In this document: one piece after another, positions 21,801 to 30,587 of the stretch
Numbering within the stretch: position 1 is the first letter of the stretch
Layout: each line of letters opens with the position of its first letter
NCBI GenBank assembly: GCA_043822065.1
Contig: JBDRCC010000006.1
Coordinates: forward strand, 9,673 to 73,672
Length of the DNA: 64,000 nucleotides
DNA from: an archaeon
GTDB lineage: Archaea > Undinarchaeota > CAZHTU01 > JBDRCC01
Direction: 5' to 3'
Notes under the pieces: generated by a model
Told to the model about the DNA's origin: nothing
Database searches by the model: none
The model's input: the letters and a program-made list of their open reading frames with translations, nothing else
Made by a program: the position numbers and the translations under genes

Positions 21801-24295
21801 GCATCAATCGTCGCCGTCCCGTTTATGCCGTATGCCAGGACATCACCATAGGGCGTGTCCACATCGCCGCCAGCCACCTGGAAGCCAACCGTTCCCCCCT
21901 CTTCGACAGTTTGGTTTGTGGGGTAGACGAGCCAGAACGGTGCGTCATTGACCTGAATAACATGCACCGTGAGCTGCGTCGTGTTAGTAAGCCCGCCCTC
22001 GTCAGCCGCAGTGAACGTTATAGTCTCATTTCCAGCCCAGTTTGCGTTTGCAGTCAGGTTAAGCTGCCTGTTTGAATCAATCGTGGCGTGGACGTTAGTC
22101 CCCGTACCAGTCCAGACTATGCTCGCGTCCGGCGTCATGTCGTCCTGGACGTAGGCGTCCATATTCAAGGTGTCATTGTAAGCATCCTCATCGAACCAGA
22201 CATCCGGCATCGGGAAAGTCTCCGGCGGGTCGTTTACCGGGGTGACGTTCACCCAGAAGTAAGCCCAGGCAACCTCGCCTGCGAGGTCTGTAACATTAAC
22301 TTCAAAGTATTCAATCCCGTTGAATCCCGCTGACGGGGTCCAGGTCACGAGGCCGTTTGCGTCAACAGCCGCAGTGCCGTTTATCGCGTAGGATATTGCG
22401 TCCCCGTAAGCCAAATCCGGGTCAGACCCATACAACTGATAAATCAGCTGGGTCTCCTCCTGTGTCTCAGTGTTGTTCGGGTAGGCAAGCCAGAATGGGG
22501 CGTCATTTACGTTCAGCACGCTGACATTCACGGCTTCCGAGTCAGTCAGCCCGCCCTCGTCTGTTGCAGTCAGTATTATACTCTCGTTCCCGGACCAGTT
22601 GCCTGCCGGCGTGAGTGTCAGTACGCGGGTAAGCGGGTCGACGGAAACCTGGACGTTTGCCCCGTTTCCGCTCCAGACTATGTCTGCGTCGGCGGATTCA
22701 AGGTCTGCGACGTAATCGTCAAGGCCAATCGTGTTGTTAAGCATGTCCTCGTCAATCCATATCGCAGGGAATGGGTCTACGACCGGCGGGTCGTTTACCG
22801 GGACAATGGTCACGAGCGTGCCGTCCGAGCCAATTCCGCCCTTTCCGTCGTCGGCCTGGAAAGTTATGGTCTCTGCGCCCGTCCAGTCTGCAGGCGGAGT
22901 GAAAGTGACAATGTTGTCCACGTCAACCGCGACGTTTATGTTTACGTTCCCGCTCCAGGTCCATGTCGGGACGTCGCCGTCTGGGTCTACGTAGCAGTCG
23001 TCAAGGTTAATCGAGTTGTTGAACGAATCCTCATCGGCGAACACGTCAGGGACATCCACGACCGGGGCGTCATTTCCGCACAGGACCTCAACGCCCATCG
23101 CCCCATAGTCGCTCAGCCCGCCCTCGTCTGTTGCAGTAAATATTATAGTCGCGTTTCCGCACCAGTCTGCGGCTGGCGTAAGCGTGAGCATGCCGTCAGC
23201 TGCAACTGTGGCCGTGACGTTGGCTCCGTTGTTTGTCCAGACAATGTCTGCGTCAGCGGTCTCCTCGTCAGCAACATAATCATCCATGTCGACGCTTGTG
23301 TCCGGCGTGTCCTCTGCCAGAGTCATCGCGGGCAGCGGGTCTACGACCGGCAGGTCGTTTACCTCTATAACATACATATTAAAGCTTGAGTTCGCCTGTG
23401 CGCCCTTCGAGTCGACAATCCAGACTGTTGTCCAGTACGGGCTGCCCGGGAGGTCTGCATTAACCGGAGTGAAGCTGAACTGCCCCGTGGCAAGGCCTAT
23501 GTCAAATAGGGTAGAATCGTCATAATACTGGAGCGGGAGGTTGTTTTCAGGGTCGGTTGCACTTACTGTGTAGCTGAAAAGAACGTCCTCTGTTGAGTAC
23601 AGGGTTGGGATTCCAGCGCCGCCATTCACAATTGGCGCCTTATTATAATAGACTAATACATCCTGCCAGTCGATAAGGTTCGTGCTGTCCTTTGCCCAAA
23701 ACCGCACCTGCGCAGGGCTTGAGGGGAAATCCCCATTTTGGGGCACATAATTTATCTCGCCAGTCACCAAATTGAGTTTGGATTTCATGAATGTGTTGTC
23801 GACATTAAACGACAGTATGTCGCCGAGGATGCTATCCTCATCCGTCGCAGTCAGGAAGTAGGTAAAAACCTGCCCCACATTCACGTAAAAGTCAGAAATT
23901 GCGCCAAGTACTGGCGCCTCGTTCACGTTCGTTACCGTTATCTGGATTGGCTGGCTTACCGGCGGGTTGACGCCGTCATTGACTGTGATACTGACAGTAA
24001 TCGGGCTTGCAAGGACCTCCGGGTCATCCCCGAAAAAGCTCACATAGAACCTAACGTCCTTCTTCCCATTGTCTGCGGCTTCCTTAGTTACGGTCACCCA
24101 AGGGTTATCCGCTGAAAAGCTGAGGATGTCCTTGTCGTCGTCATACGCCCAAAAAGTCGTGCTGTATGTATGCTCCTCGTTGGTCGTAATATCGTTAAGA
24201 ACCGTGAAGTATGGTGCTGAGTTCGCAGCAAACGCAAAGCTCGAGCTCAACAGTAATGCTAGGAACAACCAACCAACCTTACCCCTGGAACCCAT
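18806..24295 (-). CDS. Large secreted cadherin/Ig-like repeat surface protein (1829 aa)
   Basis: Signal peptide GWLFLALLLSSSFAFA. At least 8 alternating ~95-aa domains (VNDxPxV..IPDV...ED..N.T..LD.YV.D) and C-terminal CARDB-like domains. Dense N-x-S/T sequons. TATA TTTATATA lies ~35 nt upstream of the ATG. Confidence 0.85.
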   Translation of the reverse strand: MGSRGKVGWLFLALLLSSSFAFAANSAPYFTVLNDITTNEEHTYSTTFWAYDDDKDILSFSADNPWVTVTKEAADNGKKDVRFYVSFFGDDPEVLASPITVSITVNDGVNPPVSQPIQITVTNVNEAPVLGAISDFYVNVGQVFTYFLTATDEDSILGDILSFNVDNTFMKSKLNLVTGEINYVPQNGDFPSSPAQVRFWAKDSTNLIDWQDVLVYYNKAPIVNGGAGIPTLYSTEDVLFSYTVSATDPENNLPLQYYDDSTLFDIGLATGQFSFTPVNADLPGSPYWTTVWIVDSKGAQANSSFNMYVIEVNDLPVVDPLPAMTLAEDTPDTSVDMDDYVADEETADADIVWTNNGANVTATVAADGMLTLTPAADWCGNATIIFTATDEGGLSDYGAMGVEVLCGNDAPVVDVPDVFADEDSFNNSINLDDCYVDPDGDVPTWTWSGNVNINVAVDVDNIVTFTPPADWTGAETITFQADDGKGGIGSDGTLVTIVPVNDPPVVDPFPAIWIDEDMLNNTIGLDDYVADLESADADIVWSGNGANVQVSVDPLTRVLTLTPAGNWSGNESIILTATDEGGLTDSEAVNVSVLNVNDAPFWLAYPNNTETQEETQLIYQLYGSDPDLAYGDAISYAINGTAAVDANGLVTWTPSAGFNGIEYFEVNVTDLAGEVAWAYFWVNVTPVNDPPETFPMPDVWFDEDAYNDTLNMDAYVQDDMTPDASIVWTGTGTNVHATIDSNRQLNLTANANWAGNETITFTAADEGGLTNTTQLTVHVIQVNDAPFWLVYPTNQTVEEGGTVGFQVAGGDVDTPYGDVLAYGINGTATIDANGTIQWTAPGSFNGYEYFEVNVTDLAGEVAWAYFWVNVTPVNDPPETFPMPDVWFDEDTYNDTLVMDDYVTDDMTADADIVWTGTGTNVHAVIDSATRILNLTADADWAGNETITFTAMDGDGLANTTQLTVSVIQVNDAPFWVTYPANQTIAEGGTAAFQVEAGDADLPYGDAITYAINGTATIDSSGNIAWTPAGGFNGMEYFEVNATDSAGEVVWGYFWVNVTPVNDRPETFPMPDVWFDEDAYNDTLNMDAYVADDMTPDANIVWTGTGTNVHATIDSNRQLNLTADADWAGNETITFTAMDGDGLANTTSLTIHVKQINDAPFWLVYPQNQTIAEEGTLSMLLLASDADLQYGDAITYGVNDTTFTVGPLGGVSWTAPAGFNGMWHVEFNATDSTGQAVWAQIFVNVTEVNDAPVVTDIPDVWFVEDLYNDTISLDAYVTDDMTPDANINWTYSGNTNVVVSILADRTVNFTAAPNWSGSETITFTAADAGGLTDSDTVTVTVIGVEEAPYWDPYPANQTIAEDSSLDYTVHATDPDGQAVTYWINDTTITFNPATGQMTWTPGIGNTGIRYVTVNATDGTTVITAYMRVTVAPAAGRPDVGDIPNVWIMEDSFNNSIDLDNYIVDADTPLPSITWTASGNAQIAVAIDPLTHVATLTPAPNFYGVETITFTANDGTYTDSDMSVATVINVNDPPVLATLASDYYAWEYQQFYLDVNATDPDMPLDTLRFYSNSPLFTIDQNSGIISVVPVHADAGIHMVNISVRDTVGLEDSKVVRINVTVTPIPDVRVVNVTYVPSVVIEKDVMNFTAAIKNEGERAESSLVVRLFVDGIQKDSYTIPNLAVGATTNVPFSWASTQYNHSFVVSVDPVSGETDTVDNQYPFSKRVYSYDEVLAIDVLVPSQRPQNSAFVSVVNVWNTAKKAQYNIPVNLTLDNGLVFGNNDVDWRIIPFIDVNKSTSLVWYVNSTSQTGVFNVRGTIYQEVTDVGQVTVS
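20863..22291. repeat. 558-bp tandem repeats inside the 1829-aa gene (3 near-identical units plus diverged flanks)
   Basis: A 67-nt identical string (TGTTCGCCAGCCCGTCCCCATCC...CAGCATC) occurs at 20863-20929 and 21421-21487. A 73-nt identical string (TCTCCGGCGGGTCGTTTACC...GAGGTCTGT) occurs at 21661-21733 and 22219-22291. Both pairs are offset by 558 nt (186 aa). Confidence 0.85.
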
Positions 24296-24358
24296 TTTTA
24301 CAAGGTAGTATTGGCTCTTTTAAGTATATAAATGTTACCATCGCACAGTGGTATATAC

Positions 24359-26089
24359 CTACTCCATCGCGTTCTGATACGCGTGTATTATGTCATGATG
24401 CGTGAAGGCTCCGATGAGCTTCTTCTCGCCCAGCCTCTCGACAACCGGTATGAATGGGAGGTGCTTCTGGTGCATGAGGTCAAGGGCTTCGCGGACGGTG
24501 TTATCAGGGTAGATGACGTCAAATTCCACTTGCATGATGTCGTGCACTCTCTTTTCCTTGTCCCTATACGTTACGCGCTCGATATCCCGCAGCCTCACGA
24601 TTCCGGTTACATTCCCCTTTTCCGTGACAGGATAATACGCCCTGGCCCGGACTTTTTTGTCCCTGACCGCACGCCTGAGCTCTCCTGCAAGCCTTATCCC
24701 TGCCACGCTGTCAACCTGCTTATTCATGACATCGCCAACCTTAATCGTCGTAAGTATGTCCAGCTTCTCGCTCGGCGGCTTCAGCCCCTTGAGCCTGAGC
24801 CTCTTGGTGTAGATGTTATCCTCGCTGAAAATCGAGAATATGAAATAGCTCAGGGCGCAGGAGAACATCAGCGGAATCAAAAGCTGGTAGTTCCCGCTTA
24901 CCTCGCTCGCGAATACTATCCCCGTCAGTGGCGCCTTGTTGACTGCAGTGAAAAACGCACCCATGCCCACCAATGCGAATACCATGGGGTTTTCAACACC
25001 TATATTGAACGTGTTGACAAACGCAAGGCCCATCGCACCTCCGACCATGGTGCCGATGAATATTGTCGGGGAGAGGACACCCCCGCTCCCGCCGGAGCCA
25101 AGAGTGAATCCGGTCGCTAAGATTTTCATAAATACAAGCGCCGCAAGAAGCCCGATGGAGAAACCGCCAAATAGCACCGCTTCAACCGTCTTATATCCGA
25201 CACCCATGACCTGCGGGAACCAAAGGCCTATTGCGCCGACAAGAAACCCTCCGAAGGCGGCTTTGTACGGGGTCGGCAGCTTCAGCTTCTCGAATCCATG
25301 CTCTATTCCATAATACGCCTTAACCCATAAGACGCCGGCAATCCCGCAAATTGCGCCAAGCAGCATGTACCCGAACAGCGAGTTTATATCTTGGAACACA
25401 AACGGCGGGGACGTGAATGCGTGCCCCTTGCCGAGCAGCTGCTCGCCAATCGAGGCTCCAAGGACCGAGGACAAAATTACCGGTATCAGGGTTTCTCGCC
25501 CCATCCTGCAGTGCAGGACTTCCACTGCGAAAAGCGCCCCTCCCAGCGGGGCATCAAAACTGCCCGCAATACCCGCCGCAAGCCCGCATGTCGCGAGAAG
25601 CTTTTTTTCCTCTGTGCCCATTTTGAATAGCTTGCCTATCCCTGAGCCGACGCCAGCGCCTATTTGCGCAATCGGCCCCTCCCGCCCAGAGCTTCCGCCG
25701 GAGCCAAGCGTGATTGCTGAAACAAGAGCTTTTACGACCGGAACCCTGAAGCGGATCTCGCCCTTCCTGTGCAAGACTGCCTCCATAACCTCAGGGATGC
25801 CGTGCCCAGCAGTCTCCTTCGCGAGATAGTAGGTTACTGTCCCAACAATAAGCCCTCCAATCGCAGGAATGAAGACTTTTCCGTACGCCCCAAGCTGCAG
25901 CACCAGGAGCCCGCCGACAACCTCCCTGAAAAAATACTCGTTAATCCTTATTATCGACTCAAAAAAGACGGCAGCAAGCCCCCCTGCAACGCCGACAAAC
26001 ATCGCAAAGGCATAAAGTATGAACGTCTCCCGGTGTGGGACTATTTTTTGGATATTCCGTCTTACGGCTGCGATCGCTTTACGGTGCAT
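24359..26089 (-). CDS. ClC-family chloride channel/antiporter with C-terminal CBS pair
   Basis: GHGIPEV and GSGGSSGREGP ClC motifs, multiple TM helices, and two CBS-like repeats at the C-terminus. Confidence 0.9.
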   Translation of the reverse strand: MHRKAIAAVRRNIQKIVPHRETFILYAFAMFVGVAGGLAAVFFESIIRINEYFFREVVGGLLVLQLGAYGKVFIPAIGGLIVGTVTYYLAKETAGHGIPEVMEAVLHRKGEIRFRVPVVKALVSAITLGSGGSSGREGPIAQIGAGVGSGIGKLFKMGTEEKKLLATCGLAAGIAGSFDAPLGGALFAVEVLHCRMGRETLIPVILSSVLGASIGEQLLGKGHAFTSPPFVFQDINSLFGYMLLGAICGIAGVLWVKAYYGIEHGFEKLKLPTPYKAAFGGFLVGAIGLWFPQVMGVGYKTVEAVLFGGFSIGLLAALVFMKILATGFTLGSGGSGGVLSPTIFIGTMVGGAMGLAFVNTFNIGVENPMVFALVGMGAFFTAVNKAPLTGIVFASEVSGNYQLLIPLMFSCALSYFIFSIFSEDNIYTKRLRLKGLKPPSEKLDILTTIKVGDVMNKQVDSVAGIRLAGELRRAVRDKKVRARAYYPVTEKGNVTGIVRLRDIERVTYRDKEKRVHDIMQVEFDVIYPDNTVREALDLMHQKHLPFIPVVERLGEKKLIGAFTHHDIIHAYQNAME

Positions 26090-26106
26090 TTGACCGAGAA
26101 ATCCCC

Positions 26107-26262
26107 CTATAGCGTGTGAAGGTAAAACTCGGCAAGAATCGTTATCACGCAGAGCGCAACGACGACCTCAGGGGGTATGTGGAGCCCTCCCTTAGTTTCA
26201 TCTGAATATCTCGTCAGCCCTGCCGCGGACGGCGGCAGAAGCACTCTCTTTTTGCTTGACAT
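26107..26262 (-). CDS. Sec61-beta (archaeal preprotein translocase small subunit), 51 aa
   Basis: Not in the ORF track because it is under 60 aa. MSSKKRVLLPPSAAGLTRYSDETKGGLHIPPEVVVALCVITILAEFYLHTL matches the SAGL-RY-DE...I-PE...TM pattern of archaeal Sec61-beta. TATA AAGTATATAAC lies ~30 nt upstream. Confidence 0.7.
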   Translation of the reverse strand: MSSKKRVLLPPSAAGLTRYSDETKGGLHIPPEVVVALCVITILAEFYLHTL

Positions 26263-26309
26263 CGGACTAAATACTGTTTCTAGAAGTTATATACTTTGTC
26301 CTGCGAACC

Positions 26310-27515
26310 TCAAAGCCCGAAGCCAAAGGCGGCAAGCGCGAAAATAATTGCCAGCGAAACAAGGGTTGGGGCGCCCAATGTCCGGAGGTAATCCTTCAGC
26401 CCGACCCTGAAATACTCCAGAGTCACGGAAACGCAGGCATGCGCCGGCGAGACCAGGCTCCCTAGGAACATGCTCGTGTACATATACGCAAATTGCGGGA
26501 TTCCTATGCTGCCCTGCGTAGCAACCACTACTGGGGCGACTATCGCAAACGGCAGCTGTGTTTCGCCCGCGGCTACGCCGAGAAGGAACCCCAAGATAAC
26601 TGCCAGCAGGGGAAACGGCAGGGACAGGGATGAAATCAGCGCCGGCATCTCAGATGCCCTGAGTATGTTTATGAAGACAAATATCGAGATGATTATCAGC
26701 GAGAATTTCCACGGCTTCGCGCCGGCTGCGACAGACCTTAGGCGTCTCAAATCAAATTTTCCAAGCCAGCATGCGAGAATGAGGCTTATCGTGACTGCAG
26801 CCAGAGTTGCGATTTCAAGGTAAGGCAGCGGCAATGTCCGCCGGAGCGTAACGTCAATAAGCGGGGCGCTTAGAAGTATCCCGAGCGGCATCGCAAGGTA
26901 TTTTGGCGAGAACGCCCCAGTGTATTCCATACTGCCTTTCACCTGCCGAAGGAAGAACACTTGCCCGACAGCCAGGAGGAAAACGAACGGCAGGATGAGA
27001 AACGGTATTACGCTGTAAAGCTCCAGCCCAGCCATTTTCGCCTCTGCAAGGAGCGCCGGGTCGAGCGGATAAATCAAATGCGCAACGTGCCTGTACCAGA
27101 CGTTCGACGCCGCCTTGACGTTGTCGGAGACGCCCGTCTCCACTTTCTTCAGCAGAGGGGCTGAAAATAATGCGCCGCCGGGCACAGGGAGCATGCCCAA
27201 AACTGCTGGCGCGAAGGCAACAAAGCCCTTCTTCCCGATTCTCATGTTTTGGACGAGATGGTCCATCATGCCAGAGCCCTCAAGGACCCCGCCGATTATG
27301 GGTATCATTCCCACCGCCGCAGCCAGAAGCAGAATCGACGGGTCTGTCAGGGTGATTGCCACCCTTTCCGCGACAGTCCTAATGGGCAGCGCGAGAAACC
27401 CAAACGTGAAGCTCCCTAAAAGAAGCCCTGCCGGAAGGTTTTTTCTTCCGACCCAGAGGACAATCGAGACGCCTAATACAAAAGAGATTCCAAGGCGGAT
27501 GGTCTGTATATCCAT
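26310..27515 (-). CDS. Polytopic membrane protein, putative transporter (DUF401-like, tentative)
   Basis: 401 aa with about 10-12 hydrophobic helices. The family assignment is from memory only. Confidence 0.55.
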   Translation of the reverse strand: MDIQTIRLGISFVLGVSIVLWVGRKNLPAGLLLGSFTFGFLALPIRTVAERVAITLTDPSILLLAAAVGMIPIIGGVLEGSGMMDHLVQNMRIGKKGFVAFAPAVLGMLPVPGGALFSAPLLKKVETGVSDNVKAASNVWYRHVAHLIYPLDPALLAEAKMAGLELYSVIPFLILPFVFLLAVGQVFFLRQVKGSMEYTGAFSPKYLAMPLGILLSAPLIDVTLRRTLPLPYLEIATLAAVTISLILACWLGKFDLRRLRSVAAGAKPWKFSLIIISIFVFINILRASEMPALISSLSLPFPLLAVILGFLLGVAAGETQLPFAIVAPVVVATQGSIGIPQFAYMYTSMFLGSLVSPAHACVSVTLEYFRVGLKDYLRTLGAPTLVSLAIIFALAAFGFGL

Positions 27516-27539
27516 CGTTGTGGCAGCAGCAGCTTATCC

Positions 27540-28949
27540 TTATTCGTCCGCCGCCCACCTGCCTTTTTTCAGCACCTTGGCAGCCATCTTCGCGCCGTTC
27601 CTTTTCTCGTTATCAAGCTCCCGCGTAATCGTTCTGGGGTCGATGTACCCCCATGTCTTGAGCGCCTGCGCAAGCTCCTTGTGCGTCTTGGCATACTCCT
27701 TCGCAGGGATGCCTTTCACCGTAGCATCTATTGCCTGGCGCATTGACATCGCGCCCTTAACCGTCCCGCCCGGGTGCCCGTGGACGCCGGCGCCTGCCTG
27801 GATGTTCACATCCTTGCCATGGAGCCGTACCAGCGCGTCCACCCTCCCTGCGTCAAGCCCGCCGGAGGCAATGGCCAGCATTGGCTTTATGTGGCTTGCA
27901 AATTCCATTTTCAGCGAGCCGTACTGCAATTTCTCGCCGACTTTCATCTGGTCTGCAATGTCATGGTACCTCTTTATCACAAGCGGCGAGCCCTCCATCT
28001 TGCCTACTCCCGTTCCGATGTGAAGCTGGTCTATGCCCAGCATCCTGTAGAACTTTTCGTACACCTGGAAGTTTATTCCGTACGAGCCCCTGTTCGGAGC
28101 AGCATACCCTGCTCTGTGCCCGTGGGTTGCGAAGCCATATTTCCGCGTCAGCTCAAGGGTGTCCTGCAGCGCGCTCATGCCCATCACGTAAACATCAAGC
28201 ATCACAATGATGTTCTTCTGGAGCCCCATCTCGTTCAGGTAGTCAATCCGCTCGGCCATCCTCGAGTACCTGTCGCTCACGTTGCATGAATAAAGGTGGT
28301 TCTGCCCCGTCTCCCCGCCCGCCTTTTCAATCGCCTTTACGACATTGTGGAGCCTATCCGTCCACCTGCAGAAGTCCTGGTCCACGAGGTTCTCGTCATC
28401 CTTGACAAGGTCAAGCCCGCCGGCGAATGAATTGTAAGCGACGTTCGCCCACTCCTTCGCGGTAAGCCCGACTTTAGGCTTGACAATGGTTCCGACGTGC
28501 GGTCGCCGGCTCTTTGTGGTCCCTGCCAGCTTTCGTATGCCCTCCAATCCGGCATACGGGCCCTTGAACCACTTCTGGTACTTCTTCGGGAATGCAATGT
28601 CAAAGACATACAGCTCTTCAAGCTCCTTCAGCCCGAAGAGGTTCCCAAGCACTGACGCCTGAAACTGGCTTACGTTCTTCGCGTCGAAGTGCTCGACAGG
28701 ATATGCGACCCAGACAAACCCGCTGTTTTTCGTGACCTTGTCAATCCTGAAAATCCTAGCGCGGTAATGGTCCCAGACGTGCTGGTTCATGGTCGATAAT
28801 TTCGTCCACGAGCCGACGCTGCTTTCCGCGGCAATCGCCTCCGCGGTCTTTTCCAGGGTCATCTGGCTCTTTGTCCAGATGAGGACTACGAAGTCGTCCT
28901 GTGTTGGTTTGTACTTTAAGTCGATATAACTGTATCCGCCGTAAGCCAT
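27540..28949 (-). CDS. rbcL: RuBisCO large subunit, form III-like (archaeal)
   Basis: GLDLVKDDEN (carbamyl-Lys and Mg ligands), GTIVKPK, HRAG, LHIGTGVGKMEG (loop-6 Lys) and ASGG. No small-subunit gene is adjacent. Confidence 0.9.
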   Translation of the reverse strand: MAYGGYSYIDLKYKPTQDDFVVLIWTKSQMTLEKTAEAIAAESSVGSWTKLSTMNQHVWDHYRARIFRIDKVTKNSGFVWVAYPVEHFDAKNVSQFQASVLGNLFGLKELEELYVFDIAFPKKYQKWFKGPYAGLEGIRKLAGTTKSRRPHVGTIVKPKVGLTAKEWANVAYNSFAGGLDLVKDDENLVDQDFCRWTDRLHNVVKAIEKAGGETGQNHLYSCNVSDRYSRMAERIDYLNEMGLQKNIIVMLDVYVMGMSALQDTLELTRKYGFATHGHRAGYAAPNRGSYGINFQVYEKFYRMLGIDQLHIGTGVGKMEGSPLVIKRYHDIADQMKVGEKLQYGSLKMEFASHIKPMLAIASGGLDAGRVDALVRLHGKDVNIQAGAGVHGHPGGTVKGAMSMRQAIDATVKGIPAKEYAKTHKELAQALKTWGYIDPRTITRELDNEKRNGAKMAAKVLKKGRWAADE

Positions 28950-28978
28950 GGTATCACCCCTTACCCTAAATGCTCGAG

Positions 28979-28990
28979 ATTATATAATAC
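28979..28990 (-). promoter_or_regulatory. TATA box for rbcL; a GGGGTGAT SD lies just upstream of the ATG
   Basis: The minus-strand sense reads GTATTATATAATC ~30-35 nt upstream of the ATG at 28949, and GGGGTGATACC immediately precedes the ATG. Confidence 0.4.
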
Positions 28991-29004
28991 TTAATGGCGC
29001 GCGC

Positions 29005-30042
29005 CTATACTGCTAAGTCTTTGTAGGTCCTGACGACTTCCTTCAGCTTCGGCGAGTCAAAAACATCCCGTCCAAGGAACGCGTTGGCGGTCGAGGTGTA
29101 CATCTGCCCTATTATCCTCTTCAGCTCAGGGTGCAGCTTCGGCGGCTTGGACCTGCAAAGCGCTTTCCAGTCCGTGACCTTTTTTTCCTCGGCAGCGTTC
29201 TTTGCCTTCTCGACGTCCGAATACCACGCAGTCTTCCTGTAGAATTTCCTTGCCACTTCCTTGCTAACTGGAAGCCCGTTGTATGTAAACCTGCACTCGT
29301 CCAGGGTGCCAAGGATGTCGACGAGCATAAGCTCCCTCATTGGCCCGTAAGCAAGTTCTATCTTTCCATCCTCATTTACGAGGTCTGCCGTCGCCCCAAT
29401 TTCAGTTATAAGACCGTTTGCCTTCCGCAGGACGCCCTTGAGTTCGCCAAGCTCGGCATCACTCATGCAAGAAATCTCCTGCGCCTCCTCCCAGGTCATG
29501 TACCGATCCCTTACTTCAAGCTTTGTGCTCACGTCAAATATAGGATTGTCAAGCACCGCGCCAGGCTTTGGATAGTGGTCCAGCCCAAGCGCCTGGTAGG
29601 TCGTGTCACCCCGTTCAAGCCTCTTGAAAACGCTAGAGCCCTCCGGCAGGCGGTTCCTGTAAATTACCTCAAGCGGAATAAGGAAGTTTTCCAGTTTTGG
29701 AGTATAAGCTGAATAATCATACCTGCCGCCCTTGAACGGCGGCCTGATGACGTTAACGATTGACACTTCCATCACGTTCGACGGCTCTTCGAGCTCGTCC
29801 AGCCTGTGCGGCTTGCCGTCCTTGCCGACCAAGCCCTTGTAATGCGTTTTAATCCCGCGCCGCTCAATCTCCTCAAAACAGAAGGACCCCATTATGCACA
29901 GCGCGGCGCCCTTGTTCGGGATGTGGTCCGGCATCTCGCCCCAGTCGAACACAGAGTACCTGTCCGAGAAAACAAACCTGCCTACGCCCATCTTCCCCTT
30001 AGTGGGCTTTTTCAGAATTTGAAGGTCCTTTACGCTTCCCAT
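29005..30042 (-). CDS. purC: SAICAR synthetase (long form)
   Basis: GSVKDL...GRFVFSDRYSVFDWG N-terminal signature in a 345-aa protein. TATA CTATTTATATCCC lies ~27 nt upstream. Confidence 0.9.
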   Translation of the reverse strand: MGSVKDLQILKKPTKGKMGVGRFVFSDRYSVFDWGEMPDHIPNKGAALCIMGSFCFEEIERRGIKTHYKGLVGKDGKPHRLDELEEPSNVMEVSIVNVIRPPFKGGRYDYSAYTPKLENFLIPLEVIYRNRLPEGSSVFKRLERGDTTYQALGLDHYPKPGAVLDNPIFDVSTKLEVRDRYMTWEEAQEISCMSDAELGELKGVLRKANGLITEIGATADLVNEDGKIELAYGPMRELMLVDILGTLDECRFTYNGLPVSKEVARKFYRKTAWYSDVEKAKNAAEEKKVTDWKALCRSKPPKLHPELKRIIGQMYTSTANAFLGRDVFDSPKLKEVVRTYKDLAV

Positions 30043-30090
30043 CGGCTTTCCTAAGAATCAGGGATATAAATAGATTTACTCAAACAAAAA

Positions 30091-30132
30091 GCGAGAGGCG
30101 GCAGTTCCCCGAATAAATGGGGCTTACTACAC
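30091..30132 (+). repeat. rnpB-3'-end-derived repeat, copy 1
   Basis: GCGAGAG-GCGGCAGTTCCCC-GAATAAAT-GGGGCTTAC-TACAC, located 24 nt 3' of the HEPN stop. Confidence 0.85.
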
Positions 30133-30155
30133 AAAAATACTTCTTCTGGATAAAA

Positions 30156-30587
30156 CTAGCCGGTGTTCTTTTTCAATTCGTTTTTGATTTTCGGCAGAAA
30201 TTCTGTTAGGAACTCCAGTGCATCCTGGCATTCAGCAATGCTCACCGCTTCGGCGCTGTAAATGGCGTTGTTTCTCAACTTTCTTAATCTGTCAAAGGTT
30301 TCAGCATCCTGGTTGGGGATCTCTGTGAACTCCTTTAGGAATGCCACGAGAACTGTGTGGGAATACGGCTTGTACCCTACGTTAGACATCAACGCCTGAA
30401 CGGCCTCACGCATGCACTCATAGATGTCTTCGAAAATGAAGTCAGCGTTTTCTTCTGAAATCTCTTGAGTCTTTATATATTTCAAACGATTACTCGCTTT
30501 CGTAATAAGGGAGTTTGCTTCTGCAGGGTCCGCTGTTTTTCTTACTACTTCCTGTTTGTCCAGATAGTACTCAAATTCCTCTATCAT
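30156..30587 (-). CDS. HEPN-domain protein (toxin-like partner of MNT)
   Basis: 143-aa all-helical protein with the HEPN-type LRKLRNNAIYS motif. ATGA overlap with the upstream MNT gene. Confidence 0.8.
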   Translation of the reverse strand: MIEEFEYYLDKQEVVRKTADPAEANSLITKASNRLKYIKTQEISEENADFIFEDIYECMREAVQALMSNVGYKPYSHTVLVAFLKEFTEIPNQDAETFDRLRKLRNNAIYSAEAVSIAECQDALEFLTEFLPKIKNELKKNTG

